From assembly GCF_963921235.1 (NCBI RefSeq), contig NC_086107.1, positions 95,356,001 to 95,420,000 on the forward strand: DNA of 64,000 bases. The letters are read 5' to 3'. A model generated the notes under the pieces. That model had not been told where the DNA came from and made no database searches. It saw only the letters and a list, made by a program, of their open reading frames with translations. Below are positions 25,575 to 38,109 of the stretch, in pieces. Origin of the DNA: Mobula hypostoma. Its lineage: Eukaryota. A program made the position numbers and the translations under genes. Every line of letters starts with the position of its first letter. Position 1 is the first letter of the stretch.

Positions 25575-25795
25575 GACTGTTGCTGAGTAAATAGTAGCCT
25601 CTTGTGTTGATTGGTGCATTCTGGTGGCTGACTGTTGCTGAATGGTGGCCTCTTGAGAGTGACATGCTGATTGGTGCATTCTTGTGGCTGACTGTTGCTG
25701 ATTGGTGGCCTCTTGTGAGTGAAATGCTGATTGGTTCATTCTGATGACTGGCCATTGCTGATTGGTGGCCTCTTGTGAGTGACATATTGATTGGT
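25575..25795. repeat. 60-bp tandem repeat, each unit carrying TGATTGG (CCAAT-box) motifs
   Basis: tgattgg recurs at 25608, 25668, 25728 and 25788, plus internal copies. Confidence 0.85.
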
Positions 25796-27109
25796 GGGTT
25801 CAGAGGGGGAAGGAATTGTACTTATTTTTTTGTTTCACAAGAGTTGATGCCAATGGCACTGCTCACATTTAATGTTCATCCCTAATTGTCTCTAAAACAA
25901 TAGGACTGTTGAGAGTAAACCTGTGGGCTAGGCCAGTAAGGATGGCAGACTTCCTTCTCCAAAGGACATCATGAACTAAGTGCCATTTACCATTACTGAG
26001 AAGAGATTGTTTATAAGGTTAAAATTCCAAATTTAAGAAATAACTTGCATGGGAATTCACTAGCTGTCCCCTAGAGTTTCAATTCACAATTCACTCCCCG
26101 GTTATGGTCCAGTTTCTCAGTCACTGCATTGCTGATCATGGGGTTCTGGTGGGTGGGAGCCAGCGATCAGAGGACTACAGTGATAGAGAATTGGGTTGCA
26201 AGTGCCAATGGGTGCACGATTTCCCTGCTGATCAAAGGATTAATGCAGATCTCTGAAATGCATCGCAGTGAGGTATCTTTTCACTTTCTTATTCATTTCA
26301 GTTCTGACTTCACTTTCGCAAAGAAAACATTGTACTCACCAGAAATACTGTGTTTCAGTCTTTGATATCAGACAAGTGTCTTAGTGGTAGTGGATGGATG
26401 TCAGTCAGCGTGAGCTGGTCTCAGTGTTGGTCAGTGTGTGCTCGACCCTATGCTGCTGGGTTTATACAAGACTCAGGGACAGGGCTAGTGACATCAATAA
26501 ACTCATTAGGGAAATAAAATTCTAACAATGGCATTCTTTAAAGTTTATAAAAATCCATTTCAAAAGACAGCTGAGAGATAATGAGGATGCTGTGGGAACA
26601 GAAACTCGGAGCAAGTCACTAAATTCCCTTGGTTTCAAGTCACTTGCCCTGAACTTGGTTTTAATAAACCTTCTGTGTGTCAAGTCCCTGTTGTTGTAGA
26701 AGAAAACTCAGCAACCATTTCATTTAAATCTTTGAAGTGGACATGAAAGAATGGTTGCCACGGCTCTTGAACATTAAAAGATGATATTCTGTTTCCTCAA
26801 ATATGGTTCAGATTGTGTGTATTCTGTGCAAATTAAAAGCTGTCCTTTAATGAGCGATGTAGATCTGGAAGATGAGATGTGATTCACTCTCATTAACCAG
26901 AGGCCAGGCCAGGCCCAAATATTGATTCTCGGCATCTTCTCATTAGTTCATGTTTCTTCCCATAGATGTTGGGATGGTATTGAAGTGGCAAACACACCCA
27001 GCATCAGATGGTTACAGAGTATGAGTTGCGAGATGGTGTGTTCAATGAAGTGAAGATGATTTTATTGGGCTCGAAGTTAAAGTCATGCAGTCAACACGAC
27101 AAAACATGC

Positions 27110-27950
27110 GGTGTTGCACTTTGGGAAAGCAAATGTGAATAAAAGACAGTATGCAGTAATGGCAGCTCCCTTAGCAGTGTTGGTGTACAGAGGAATTTAG
27201 GGATTTATAATTCCCTGAAAGTGAATGCACAGGTTGAACGGATGATAAGGCATGTGACATGCTTGCCTTTATTAATCAAGGTGTTGAGTTTGAAAATAGA
27301 TAGAGTAGACATACAGCATCTTTGACCCAAGGTTGAAAAATTTAATACCTGAGGGCATGCATTTAAAGCAGGGCTTTTATGCCATGGACCCCAAGTTAGG
27401 AATTCCTGATTTAAAGTAAGTTCAATTAAATGTGCAGGGCAAGTTCTTTTACACAAAACGGTGGGTGTCTGGAATGCACTGCCAGGGGTAGTGGTGGAGG
27501 CACGTGTGATAGAGGCGTTTAAGAGGCTCTAAGATAGGTATACAAATGTAGAGAGATGGAGAGATATGGACTTGTATAGGCAGAAGGGATTGGTTTAGTT
27601 AGGCTTTCAATGACTAGTTTAATTAGCTTGGTACAACATTGTGAGCCAATGGCCTGTTCCTGTGCTGTACTGTTCCATATGCAATATTCTCTGACCAGAG
27701 GCACCCCACTAGTCACGGCCCTCCAGTCTAAAAGTAACATCCTCCCTCCATAATCCTCTGCTTGTTATAATCAGGCCAATTCTGGATCTACTTAGACAGC
27801 TCTGCCTGGATCCCATTCAACCAGATAGCAGTCTACCATGTAGGACCTTATCAAAGTCCTTACTGAAGTCGACAAAGACCACAACTAACCAACCCTCATC
27901 GACCTTGCTTACTGCTTCAGAAACCTCAATCATAGTGGTGAGACACTAAA
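27110..27950. mobile_element. Old CR1 fragments (plus strand, then minus strand)
   Basis: gcactttgggaaag..., ggaatgcactgccaggggtagtggtggagg; DWRAVTSGVP. Confidence 0.7.
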
Positions 27951-28411
27951 CCTGCAGCTCAGTACGAGACTGGGATCAGAAAGGCTTTGTTTTGCTCTCG
28001 TTCAGCATGGTTCAATTCTCAGTGGCTGTTGGAGGGACCTGACAGTGACAGTGTCTCAGGAGGCTTGATTGTAACTGCCCTGGGTGGGAAGGGGCTGTAC
28101 AGGAGGAGGGACAACTGGCTGCGACTGTACCCAGAGGACATGAGTGTAGCTACACTGTATTGATGGGGGGGGGGTGTTGTTTGGTTTCTGTGGGAACAGT
28201 GAGGAGGGGATAGGCGAGACAATGCTGGTGTGTTCCTGTTATGGGAAAAGAGAGGAGAAGAACTAGTGATTAGCAGGGAGACTCAAATGGTCAGGCACCA
28301 CTTCCCAGGGTTACACGTCACAGACCCATGATCTCATGTCCTCTCTACTCCTTAAGTGTATTCATGTTTCATTTTGCTATTCCCAAGATTTGGAAAATAT
28401 TTGAATACAAA

Positions 28412-28670
28412 CATTGTGTATTTACTATTTCAGTAATATTTGAGTAATATTGTAAATAAATGGTTTGATTAAGTATTCTTTGTTAATGCAGGTTATATGT
28501 AAAAGTAAGTAAATGGCATACGTCATCACACCACCACGTGATGACATATGCCATTTACGTACTGTGTGTGTGCGCAATGCTTAAAGTAAAATCAAAGTTA
28601 GACTCCCATTTCAGACTCTCTGTCTTTTCCTTTAAATTAGTTTTATGTTTTGGAGTTACAAAATTTAACA
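28412..28670 (+). mobile_element. Gypsy-type solo LTR (same family as 50350-50595)
   Basis: Shares atttcagtaatatttgagtaat...gcttaaagtaa...ttagttt..gttttg.agtta..aaca with the copy at 50350. Confidence 0.7.
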
Positions 28671-28954
28671 ACGTACTCAAGTGGAATTTAATCCTGAGCC
28701 CGTTGTCCCCATTATAAACCTATGGACTCTTAACCTGTTGGAGTCAGCTCTGCAATAATGTGCAACAGAGTCAAAGAGCAACCTCACAACCCCAGTCCCT
28801 GCAACTTGATCCTGAAGCAGTACCTTACAGTCAACTAATTGATTTGCAGCAACTTGCAGTTGACTGTGTGATTATTAATCAGTCATTAGCTAATCCCTGC
28901 TAGCATTCTCCTGGTTTAGCAACTATCATGGAGGGAGCTGCCACTGACTGAATG

Positions 28955-29560
28955 GCCATTTATTAATAGCTTCCTGAGAAAGCTAAAGAAATTTGGCCCG
29001 TCCCCCAAAACCCTCACTAATTTTTATAGCTGCACTGTAGAAAGCATTCTTCTAGGGTGTATCACAACCTGGTATGGAAGTTGTCCTGTCCAAGACCGAA
29101 AGAAGCTGCAGAAGACCGTGAAGACGGCGCAGCACATCACACAAACCAATCTTCCATCCTTGGACTCACTTTACACCGCACGCTGTCGGAGCAGTGCTGC
29201 CAGGATAATCAAGGACACGACCCACCCACCAACACACTTTTCGTCCCTCTTCCCTCCGGGAGAAGGCTCAGGAGCTTGAAGACTCGTGTGGCCAGATTTG
29301 AGAACAGCTTCTTTCCAACTGTGATAAGACTGCTGAGCGGATCCTGACCCGGATCTGGGCCGTACCCTCCAAATATCCGAACCTGCTTCTTGTTTTTTTT
29401 GCACTACCTTACTTTCCATTTTTCTATTTATGATTTATAATTTAAATTTTTAGTATTTACTATCGATTTGTAATCCAGGGAGCGTAAAGCGCATTATCAA
29501 ATATCGCTGTGATGATTGTATGCGCTAGTATCAATTGTTTGGCGACAATAAAGTAAAGTT
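28955..29560 (+). mobile_element. Relatively young Rex1 3' end
   Basis: FYSCTVESILLGCITTWYG; PLPSGRRLRSLKTRVARFENSFFPTVIRLL; aataaagtaaagt tail; CpGs retained. Confidence 0.85.
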
Positions 29561-30100
29561 ATTGATTATTCCCATTTATTATTTGCCTTTTAGTTAACTA
29601 TCACCAGTTCATGCTAATTAGTTGCTAGTCACTCACTAATTAACTGGCTCTGGTTAACTGCTGCCTGATTGACCGTTAATGATTTCTGCTGGTCACTTGT
29701 TGCTCACTAATCAATAATGTTCAATGGCTAACATCCTATCAAATAATTTATTAATGGTTATTTGGCACAAGTAACTGTGGTTTAACCAGCACTGAGTAAA
29801 TTAGTTTACTAGCTAGTTACCCTTTGGTTAATTCATGCTCCTGATGATGCTGTTTAAAAAAATAAAGGTTTTTTCTTTGGTTTATAAAGGTTATTTATAA
29901 ACCAGCTTATTAAATACCCCCGATCATTTGTCTGCTAGTTATTTATCACTAATTAATGATTGTTTGTTGAACTCTGACTAATTAACTGCCTGTAAGTTCA
30001 TTGCACTGATTGCCACTGGTAAGGATTCTGACAATTGCTATCACACTACGAACAGAATTCTTTTCTGAAATAACTTGGTCCCCAGCAATATGAAGCTTAC

Positions 30101-30300
30101 GGTTTCCTTCTGTGGGTGTGTTGGATGGTGACCACGTCTGTTCAACGATGCCAGTGGGCAGAGGAACCAGAGGAGGAGTACAGGACACCGACTGACGGAC
30201 AGGGAGCTCTTTCCCTTCAGTTGTTGCCGGGGACTGAGCCAACGTGTGAGTAGCTTCCTGGGTGCTGTCTGTTGCCACTGAGGCAGACGGTGCCTTTAAT
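30101..30300 (-). promoter_or_regulatory. Putative promoter and non-coding exon 1 of the 24903-25018 gene
   Basis: ATTAAA TATA-like motif at 30300-30295; ATG-free unique segment ~30270-30101; donor ACC|gtaagc at 30100-30099. Confidence 0.4.
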
Positions 30301-30579
30301 GCACCTGTCAGCTCACTCAGTTGTACAAAGACCCACCCCTTCTCCTCCCCTCCCCTGGAGCTCAGTCTCAGTGAACAGCTCAAAGCCATTGTGCAGAGGG
30401 GAGGGACTGCTGAACAGGGGAAGAAAGCCTGGTACCCACACTCGACACTGCGCTCCTCAACACTATTCCCTTTGCTTTTTATAAGAAAGATGTATTCTGT
30501 CAAGATCTTTTCAGATGTAACATTCCTTTTCCCTTCTTTCTTTCCCCCAAAGCCTTTTGAGAAGCTGTTAAAGACACAA

Positions 30580-33500
30580 ACACAGAACAGAACCGGAACA
30601 GGCCATTTGGCCCATCGTATCTGCACCGACCATGATGCTAGCCTAACTTACCCCATCTGCCTGTATAAGGTCAATGTCCTCCATTCCCCGGCTGAGTAAA
30701 ATCCCCTTAACCATTTGCTCTCACTTCTGCTTCTACCATCTCCCCTGCCAACACATTCCAGGTACCCACCATTCTCGCTGTAAAAAAAAGTCTCATAAAT
30801 CTTCTTTAAACTTTCCCCCTCTCACTGAAAAGCTGTGTGTTTTAGTGTTTGACATTTCCTCAGGGAAAAAGACTATCTAAGTCCCTCATGATTTTATATA
30901 CCCTACCGAGTCATTCCTCAGCCTCCAGCCCTCCAGAGAAAAATATTCTAAGTGAGACCAACCTCTCCTCATACCTACAACCTTCTAAATCAGGCAACAG
31001 CACCTTCTCCACATGCTTTCTATAAAGTGTCCAGAACTGCACACAACACTCCAAATTTGATGAGGTGCCACACATGAGGCTGCTTAGCAAGATAAATTCC
31101 TATGGCGTTACAGGAAAGATACTGGCATGGAGAGAGGAATGGCTGACGATTGGAAATAACCTCTCCACCTTGCTGACAATCAACCCTGCCACAGCTCAGG
31201 GATATGCTGCTCTGCTCTCTCTACACCCACGACTTTGTGGCGAGGCACAGCTCAAATTTGCTGATGATACAACTATGGTTGGCAGAATCTCAAATGGAGA
31301 TGAGAGGGCATACAGGAGCGAGATGTAAACACAAAATAATCTGCAGATGCTGGGGTCAAAGCAACACTCACAACACGCTGGAGGAACTCAGCAGGTCGGG
31401 CAGCATCCGTGGAAAAGATCGGTCGATGTTTCGGGCTGGAACCCTTCGTCAGGACCCTTCACCAGTCCTGATGAAGGGTTCCAGCCCGAAACGTCGAGTG
31501 CAGTAACTCGTTGTGAGTGTTGCCAGGAGTGAGATGTACCAGCTGGTTGAGTGGAGTCGCAGTGACAACCTGGCACTCGTTGTCAGTAAGACCAACGAAC
31601 TGCTAGTGGACTGCAGGAAGGGTCAGACGAGGGAACACAAACCAATCCTCATGAAGGGATCAGGAGTGGAGAGAGTGAGCAACTTCAAGTTCCTGGGTGT
31701 CAAGATCTCTGGCGATCTATCCTGGACCCAACGTATTTATGCAGCTGCAAAGAAGGCAAGACAGTGACTATATTTCATTAGGAGTTTCAGGAGATTTGGT
31801 ACATCAACAAAGATACTCATAATTTTCTACAGATGTACTGTGGAGAGCTTTCTAACTAGCTGCATCACCGTCTGGTATGGAATGGGGAGGGGGTTACTGC
31901 ACAGGATCGAAATAAACTGCAGAGAATTGTAAACTTAGTCATGGGCATCAGCCTCCGTAATATTCAGGACACCATCAGGGAGAGATGCCTCAAAAAGGCG
32001 GCATCCATTGTTAAGGACCCCCATCATCCAGATCATTGCTTGTTCTCGTCATGAAGGAGGTACAGGAGCCTGAAGGCACATACTCAATGAGTAAGGAACA
32101 GTTTCTCCTCCTCTGCCATCTGATTTCTGAATAGACATTGAATCTATAAATCCTCACTACTTTTTAATTTCTATTTTTTTCGCCCTACTTATTTAACAAT
32201 TTTATATATATATAGTTAAATATTATATATATTTTAGCTCACAAGAGGTGATAGTGGAAGGCTGTTTCTCAGACTGAAGGCCCGTGACTAGTGGTACGCC
32301 TCAGAGATCAGTGTTGTTGTTTTGTGAGAATGGATCCAGGGTCAAAGGTGTGAACTTCATTCCAGATGTAGGAGATCTAGGAGTCCTCCAGTGTCCCTGA
32401 TATTTACATCTGTGTGAAGTGCATCCAGCTCCTTACAGACCATGTTAGGGAACTGGAGCTGCGTAACCTTCTGCTGACATGGAAGATTGAGGAGGTGATA
32501 GGTAGGACCTACAGGGAGGTAACACTCCTAAGTTAGAGGAGGAAGTTGCTTAGTGACTGTGAGGTGAAGGAAAGGAAATAGGCAGGTAGTACAGAGTACC
32601 CTTGTGGCCGTTCCCCTCAATAACAGGTAAAATTTCTTTGGATACTGTTGGGAGGGACAACCTACCAGGGGAAAGCCACAGTGATCAGATCTCTGGCTCT
32701 GAGCCTGGCTCTGTGCCTCAGAGGGGAAGGGGAGAAGGGGAGAAGAGAGTAGAGTGGTGATGATAGGGGGATCCATAGTTAGGGGAGCAGACAGGAGATT
32801 TTGTGGATGTGAAAGAGACTGCAAGGGGCAGGAACGTCTCAAATTGGGTCAACAACATTTTAAAGGGGTAAGGTCTGTAGCCAGACCTCATGGTACATGG
32901 TACCAATGACATAGATAGGAAACAGGTTGAGGTCCTGAAGAGAGAATATAGGGAATTGGGTAGGAAGCTTAAATACAATACTTCAAGGGTAGTCCTTTCT
33001 GGAATGCTTCCTCCCTGGATCTCAGTGACCTGTACAAAGAGGACGGATTACACCTGAACTTGAGGAGGACCAATACCCTTGAGGGCAGGTTTTCCAGAGC
33101 TGTTGCCAAAGATGAGAACTATCTTGGCAGCAGGGGTTTAGGAATCTGAGCGATAGGTCAGTTTGTATACCGGTAGATACAGCACGGATAGAGACTGTGA
33201 AGAAGGATAGGCAGTTGATAGGGCAAAGTTGCAGTTAGTGAGATTGGTTGAAGTGTGTCTATTTTAATTCAGGTGCTCGGGTTCTGAACTTAGAACATGG
33301 GTCAGTACATGGAACTGTGATGTTGTGGCCATTACAGAAACTTGGCTGAAACAAGGGCAGGGATGGCTACTGGATGTTCTGGGGTTTAGATGTTTCAAAA
33401 GGAACATGGAGAGGGGTAAAAGATGTGGGGGAAGTGGCTTTAATAATCAGGAATAGTATCACAGCTGCAGAAAGGGAGGGCTTCCTGAAGACCATGTTTT

Positions 33501-35450
33501 ATGAGGATAGGTTGAGCAAGCCAGAGCTTTTCTCTTTGGAGAGGAGAAGGGTGAGAGGCGACTTAGCCCATAAGATCCAGGAGCAGAAGTAGGCCAATTG
33601 GCCCATCAAGTCTGCTCCGCCATTCAATCATGGGCTGATCCAATTCTTCCAGTCATCCCCACTCCCCTGCCTTCTCCCCATACCCTTTGATGTCCTGGCT
33701 AATCAAGAACCTATCTATCTCTGCCTTAAATGCACCCAATAACTTGGCCTCCACAGCCGCTCGTGGTAACAAATTTCACAGATTTACCACCCTCCGACTA
33801 AAGTAATTTCTCTGCATCTCTGTTCTAAATGGACGTCCTTCAATCCTGAAGTTGTGCCCTCTTGTCCTGGACTCCGCTACCATGGGAAATAACTTTGCCA
33901 TATCTAATCTGTTCAGGCCTTTTAACATTCAGAATGTTTCTATGAGATCCCCCCTCATTCTCCTGAACTCCAGGGAATACAGCCCAAGAGCTGCCAGACG
34001 CCTCTCATATGATAACCCTTTATTCCTGGAATCATTCTCATGAACCTTCTCTGAACCCTCTCCAATCTCAGTATATCCTTTCTGAAATCAGGAGCCCAAA
34101 ACTACACACAATATTCGAAGTATGGTCTCGCATGTGCCTTATAGAGCCTCAACATCACATACCTCCTCTTATACTCTAAGACTTGATAGAAGAGTACAAG
34201 ATAATAAGAGGCTTAGATCGAGTGGACTTTTCCCAGGGTGGAAATGGCTATTACAGGGGGGGCATATTTTAAGGTGATAGATGGAAAATATAGGAGGTAG
34301 GAGTTTTACACAGTGAGTGGTGGGTGCATGAAGCCTGCTCCAGGAGTGGTGGTAGAGGCAGGTACATTAAACACACTTAACAGCCTCTCAGATAGGCATG
34401 TAGATGACAGAAAAATGGAGGGCTATGTGGGAGGGAAGGGTTAGAATGACCTTGGGTAAGTTAAAAAGTTGGGACAACATTCCAAAGGGTCTGTACTGTG
34501 CTGTAATGTTCTATGTTATATCTATATAAACAAATGAAATGTAAATACACAAGGCATGGTTACAGAGAACAGCACAGGAACATGCCCTTTGGCCCACTAT
34601 ATTTTGGCAAACTAATTAAAGAAGTAATTAAATGCCTAACTATTCCCTTCTGCCTGTGCAATGTTCACATCTCTCCATTCTCTGCATATTTATGTTCTTA
34701 TCGAAGAGTCAACTTCACACTATAGTATAGACTTTCTAAACCAGAGAGCATCCTATTAAACGTCCTTTGTGTCCTCTCCAAAATCTCCCCATCCTTCCTG
34801 TAAAGGGGCAACCAGAATTGAATTCCATACTCCAGATCAAAGTTCAAAGTAAATTTATTATCAAAGCACCATAAATGATCGTGAGATTCATTTTCTTGCG
34901 GGCATACCCAATAAATCCATAATAGAATAATAACCATAACAGAATCAATGAAAGACCACTCAACCAGTGTGTGAAAGACAACAAACTGCCAAATGCAAAA
35001 AGGAAGAAATAATAAATAAATAAACAATAAACATCGAGAACATGAGATGAAGAGTCCTTGAAAGTAAGTCCATTTCAATGATGGGGCAAGTGAAGCTGAG
35101 TGAAGTTATCCCTTTGGTTTAAGAGCTGGATGGCTGAGGGTTAGTATGGTGTAGTCTATCCAGAATTTTCTATATCTGCCTCATAACTTCTGGACTCTTG
35201 CACTCAATTTGTTGACTAATTAAGGTAAGCCTGCTACACACCTTCCTTACCACCCTGTTAATCTGTGCAGCCACTTTCGGGGAGCTATGGACTTGGATCT
35301 TAAGGTCCCTCTGTACATCGACCCTGTTAAAGATGCTATCATTAATTGGGTTCAGTCCCTTTACATTTCATCTCCCAAATGCTATACATTACACTTGTCC
35401 AGATTAAACTTCATCAGCCATTTCTCTGCCTATGTCAGCAGCTGATCTAT
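30580..35450. mobile_element. Mosaic of CR1 (3' ends; ORF1/APE region at ~32320-33480 on +) and Rex1 (~31150-32220 on +) fragments
   Basis: KFADDTTMVG, VERVSNFKFLGVKIS, gtggccattacagaaacttggct (APE), multiple CR1 tails. Confidence 0.75.
31328..31523. mobile_element. Penelope pLTR-derived mini-insert with two back-to-back hammerhead motifs; 15-bp TSD
   Basis: TSD caggag(c/t)gagatgta at 31313-31327 and 31524-31538; hammerhead motifs at 31421-31456 (-) and 31464-31499 (+). Confidence 0.8.
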
Positions 35451-36614
35451 ATCATGTTAAGAACATGTTTGATATACTTAGCCTCATTATTCAGAGCTTT
35501 CAGTATAGGTGTTTGGTTGTAACTGTTGTGCAAGATGCTATGAGCCTATACTTTTTGAGCATAGTGTTCAGTTTTGGTCAGCCTGTAATAGGAAAGACCC
35601 GTATAAACATTATCTGGGAGTGGGATTTTTGGTTTGTGTCTGCCAACGTAATGATTGCACACTGAACAGCTGAGCAGAGGGCAGGGTGGCCATGCCATCC
35701 TCATTTCCCAGGGACAGCCAGCGACTGGTCCAAGCAGTGCCCTGTGACCCACCCACTGCTCCCCTGCCGTGTTGCCTACCCCATCCCAACTTGTACATCC
35801 AATCTGAGAAGCAGCAGGAGCCTAAAATTCAACTAAAGGCAAAAGTTTAAGTATGAAACAGAGAGAGTGCTCAGGAGGAACTGGAATAAATCCATCCAAA
35901 GTCAGTACAACCAGCATCCACAGACCCAGCACACAGAGATGATAATCCCTCCCCCCGAGATTGGATCCAGTTCCATATACTGGAAGTGAGGAGCTGGTGA
36001 TCGAACCATCTTTCATTGCACCCACAAAGTACTCCAGTGTCTGCCTTACTGTTCATCTGATCTATCCGCACTCTGCCCTGTGTCACTTCAACTGATGGCT
36101 CCAGTGTAATGTGAAAGTTTAGTTTACTTGCTGGTCGAAAGCCGCTTCCACCATGCCAGTCATTGATGGCCCATTTGAGGGGTACAGCAGCTCTTTCCAT
36201 TGGTTGCCTCGCGAGCCACGGCACCGGTGTCTGGTTTCAGGCCCCTCAGGGGTATAAGAATAGCATGTATGAGAGACTCACTGGCTTTCCTTTGTCTCCA
36301 GGGGCTCCTCTTCACACTGAGGTCACAACCAATGCTGAAGAACCATTGGGAAAGTACGCTGCAGATATGGAAGGGCCCACAGGCACACTTAGCTAAGTAT
36401 CTGTTGAATGTTTAGTTCTGTAGTTGTGTAACTTGGGGAAACTTAATGAACTATCTGCTGAGTGCGAAGTGTTACTGAATGTTTAGTGTCGTAGTTTTTG
36501 TTAACTTAGGGTGGCTTAGATGAGTACTTATTTGACTTAGATGCTTTTACTGTTTGTTGGTAAATAACTGCATCTTCTGTGTCACTTACCAAATCCGTGA
36601 GCCTGCTTCCCCGT

Positions 36615-37135
36615 AACATCTGTCTGTCCATTACACTGTGTAATGGACATCTGTCCGTCCATTTCACTGTGTAATGGGCATCTGTCCGTCCACTACACTG
36701 TGTAATGGGCATCTGTCCGTCCACTACACTGTGTAATGGGCATCTGTCCGTCCATTTCACTGTGTAATGGGCATCTGTCCGTCCACTACACTGTGTAATG
36801 GGCATCTGTCCGTCCACTACACTGTGTAATGGGCATCTGTCTGTCCATTACACTGTGTAATGGGCATCTGGCCATCCACTTCACTGTGTAATGGACATCT
36901 GTCCATCCATTTCACCGTGTAATGGGCATCTGTCCGTCCACTACACTGTGTAATGGGCATCTGTCCATCCATTACACTGTGTAATAGGCATCTGTCCGTC
37001 CACTACACTGTGTAATGGGCATCTGGCCATCCACTTCACTGTGTAATGGACATCTGTCCATCCATTTCACCGTGTAATGGACATCTGTCCATCCACTACA
37101 CTGTGTAATGGACATCAGTCTGTCCATTACACTGT
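36615..37135. repeat. 30-31-bp minisatellite (catctgtccgtccactacactgtgtaatggg), ~17 copies
   Basis: Highly regular tandem units with no spacers. Confidence 0.95.
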
Positions 37136-37742
37136 GTGTGCACTTGTCACCGTGACACCAGAGCACTCCCATCCATACAGCCTCTCTCGCCCTGTGGCCC
37201 AGATTCACTGTACACCAGTCCCAGCCCACAGATCTGTTCCAAGCTTCATGATACTTTCACTGGAAAATCCTGGACTTGGCTCCAGATCTGAGGACACGGG
37301 AGATGTCCTCACACTGGAACTGGAGGGTCCTAAGCTGACCCCTAAAGTCTGGGATCAGATATGAATGATGGAAAGAGCTGGGGTTTTCGAGCTGAAGTGT
37401 GGGAGGGGGGCAGGGAGGAGGGGACTAATAATTATAGGTCCATGGAGCAGGAAGGGAGATAATATTGCAAACCCAAGAACATACAATCTGGCCAAAAAGA
37501 GCAGAAATTAAATATATGGGTCATGTGTAAATTCCCCTTTAGAATCAAAGCAGACCTTAGATGACAAGTAGGAACAAAAGTGACACCACTGGAGTCTGGG
37601 GTACGAAACACGAGAGGCCAAGTCATCTTCACTCCTATAGCAACCCTCTATGTGTCCGGGTTATGGTTGAATCACTGGATTTCTAGAAATTCTCAGGCCA
37701 AGACACAAAGACAGGCAAAACACGCAACTTTTTTAGCTTGAC

Positions 37743-37774
37743 TTTATTAGCAAAGCAGTTCAGTAGCATTTATT
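37743..37774 (-). terminator. Two AATAAA polyadenylation signals of the galanin-family gene
   Basis: tttatt at 37769-37774 and 37743-37748, 75-105 nt downstream of the stop codon. Confidence 0.7.
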
Positions 37775-37848
37775 CCAGTTAAATCATCTCAAGGCCTTGT
37801 CTCCGTCGCGGAGATTGGCAGTCACGCAGGAGTCTGCCATTGCTCAGG

Positions 37849-37907
37849 TCAGGCGTCTTGTGTCTGCTCTGTCAGTGCGAGGTCCAGGTTATTCAGGGCC
37901 AGGATCC
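37849..37907 (-). CDS. GAL/GALP: Galanin-family precursor, exon 6 (last): (G)ILALNNLDLALTEQTQDA*
   Basis: Acceptor tttctgctggttttgacag|, phase 1 matching exon 5; resembles the GMAP tail (EAGALDRLLDL); TGA then AATAAA. Confidence 0.8.
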
Positions 37908-38109
37908 CTGTCAAAACCAGCAGAAAGCATGAACAATTTAATCGCAGGATATCCAGTTCCCAGCAGTTGTCACACTCTGTAAAGGTCAGCAATGACAAAC
38001 TGCCAGCTCTGTGACATTTAGAAATGTCTTCGTAGACACTGATCAACAGTCTGAATGTATAACCACACTCACACCACCACTGTGACTGGGACTCCAGCCC
38101 CGGTTACTG

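Noticed and set aside
26966-27018. Exon-like segment on + (ttcttcccatag|...AGA|gtatga)
   Set aside because: No partner exons or recognisable protein.
29982-30626. 214-aa minus-strand ORF
   Set aside because: Starts in a CR1 tail with no domain similarity; the central part fits better as a 5' UTR exon.
35550-36400. Unique-looking block with several short ORFs on both strands
   Set aside because: All frames are interrupted, with no consistent splice signals or homology; left unassigned.
36615-37135. CRISPR-like palindromic ~30-bp repeats (also 40085-40505 and 41640-42295)
   Set aside because: Head-to-tail with no unique spacers, no cas genes and a eukaryotic context: these are minisatellites.
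37150-37350. Minus-strand frame DFRGQLRTLQFQCEDISRVLR
   Set aside because: Weak acceptor, lies beyond the galanin poly(A) signals, no homology.
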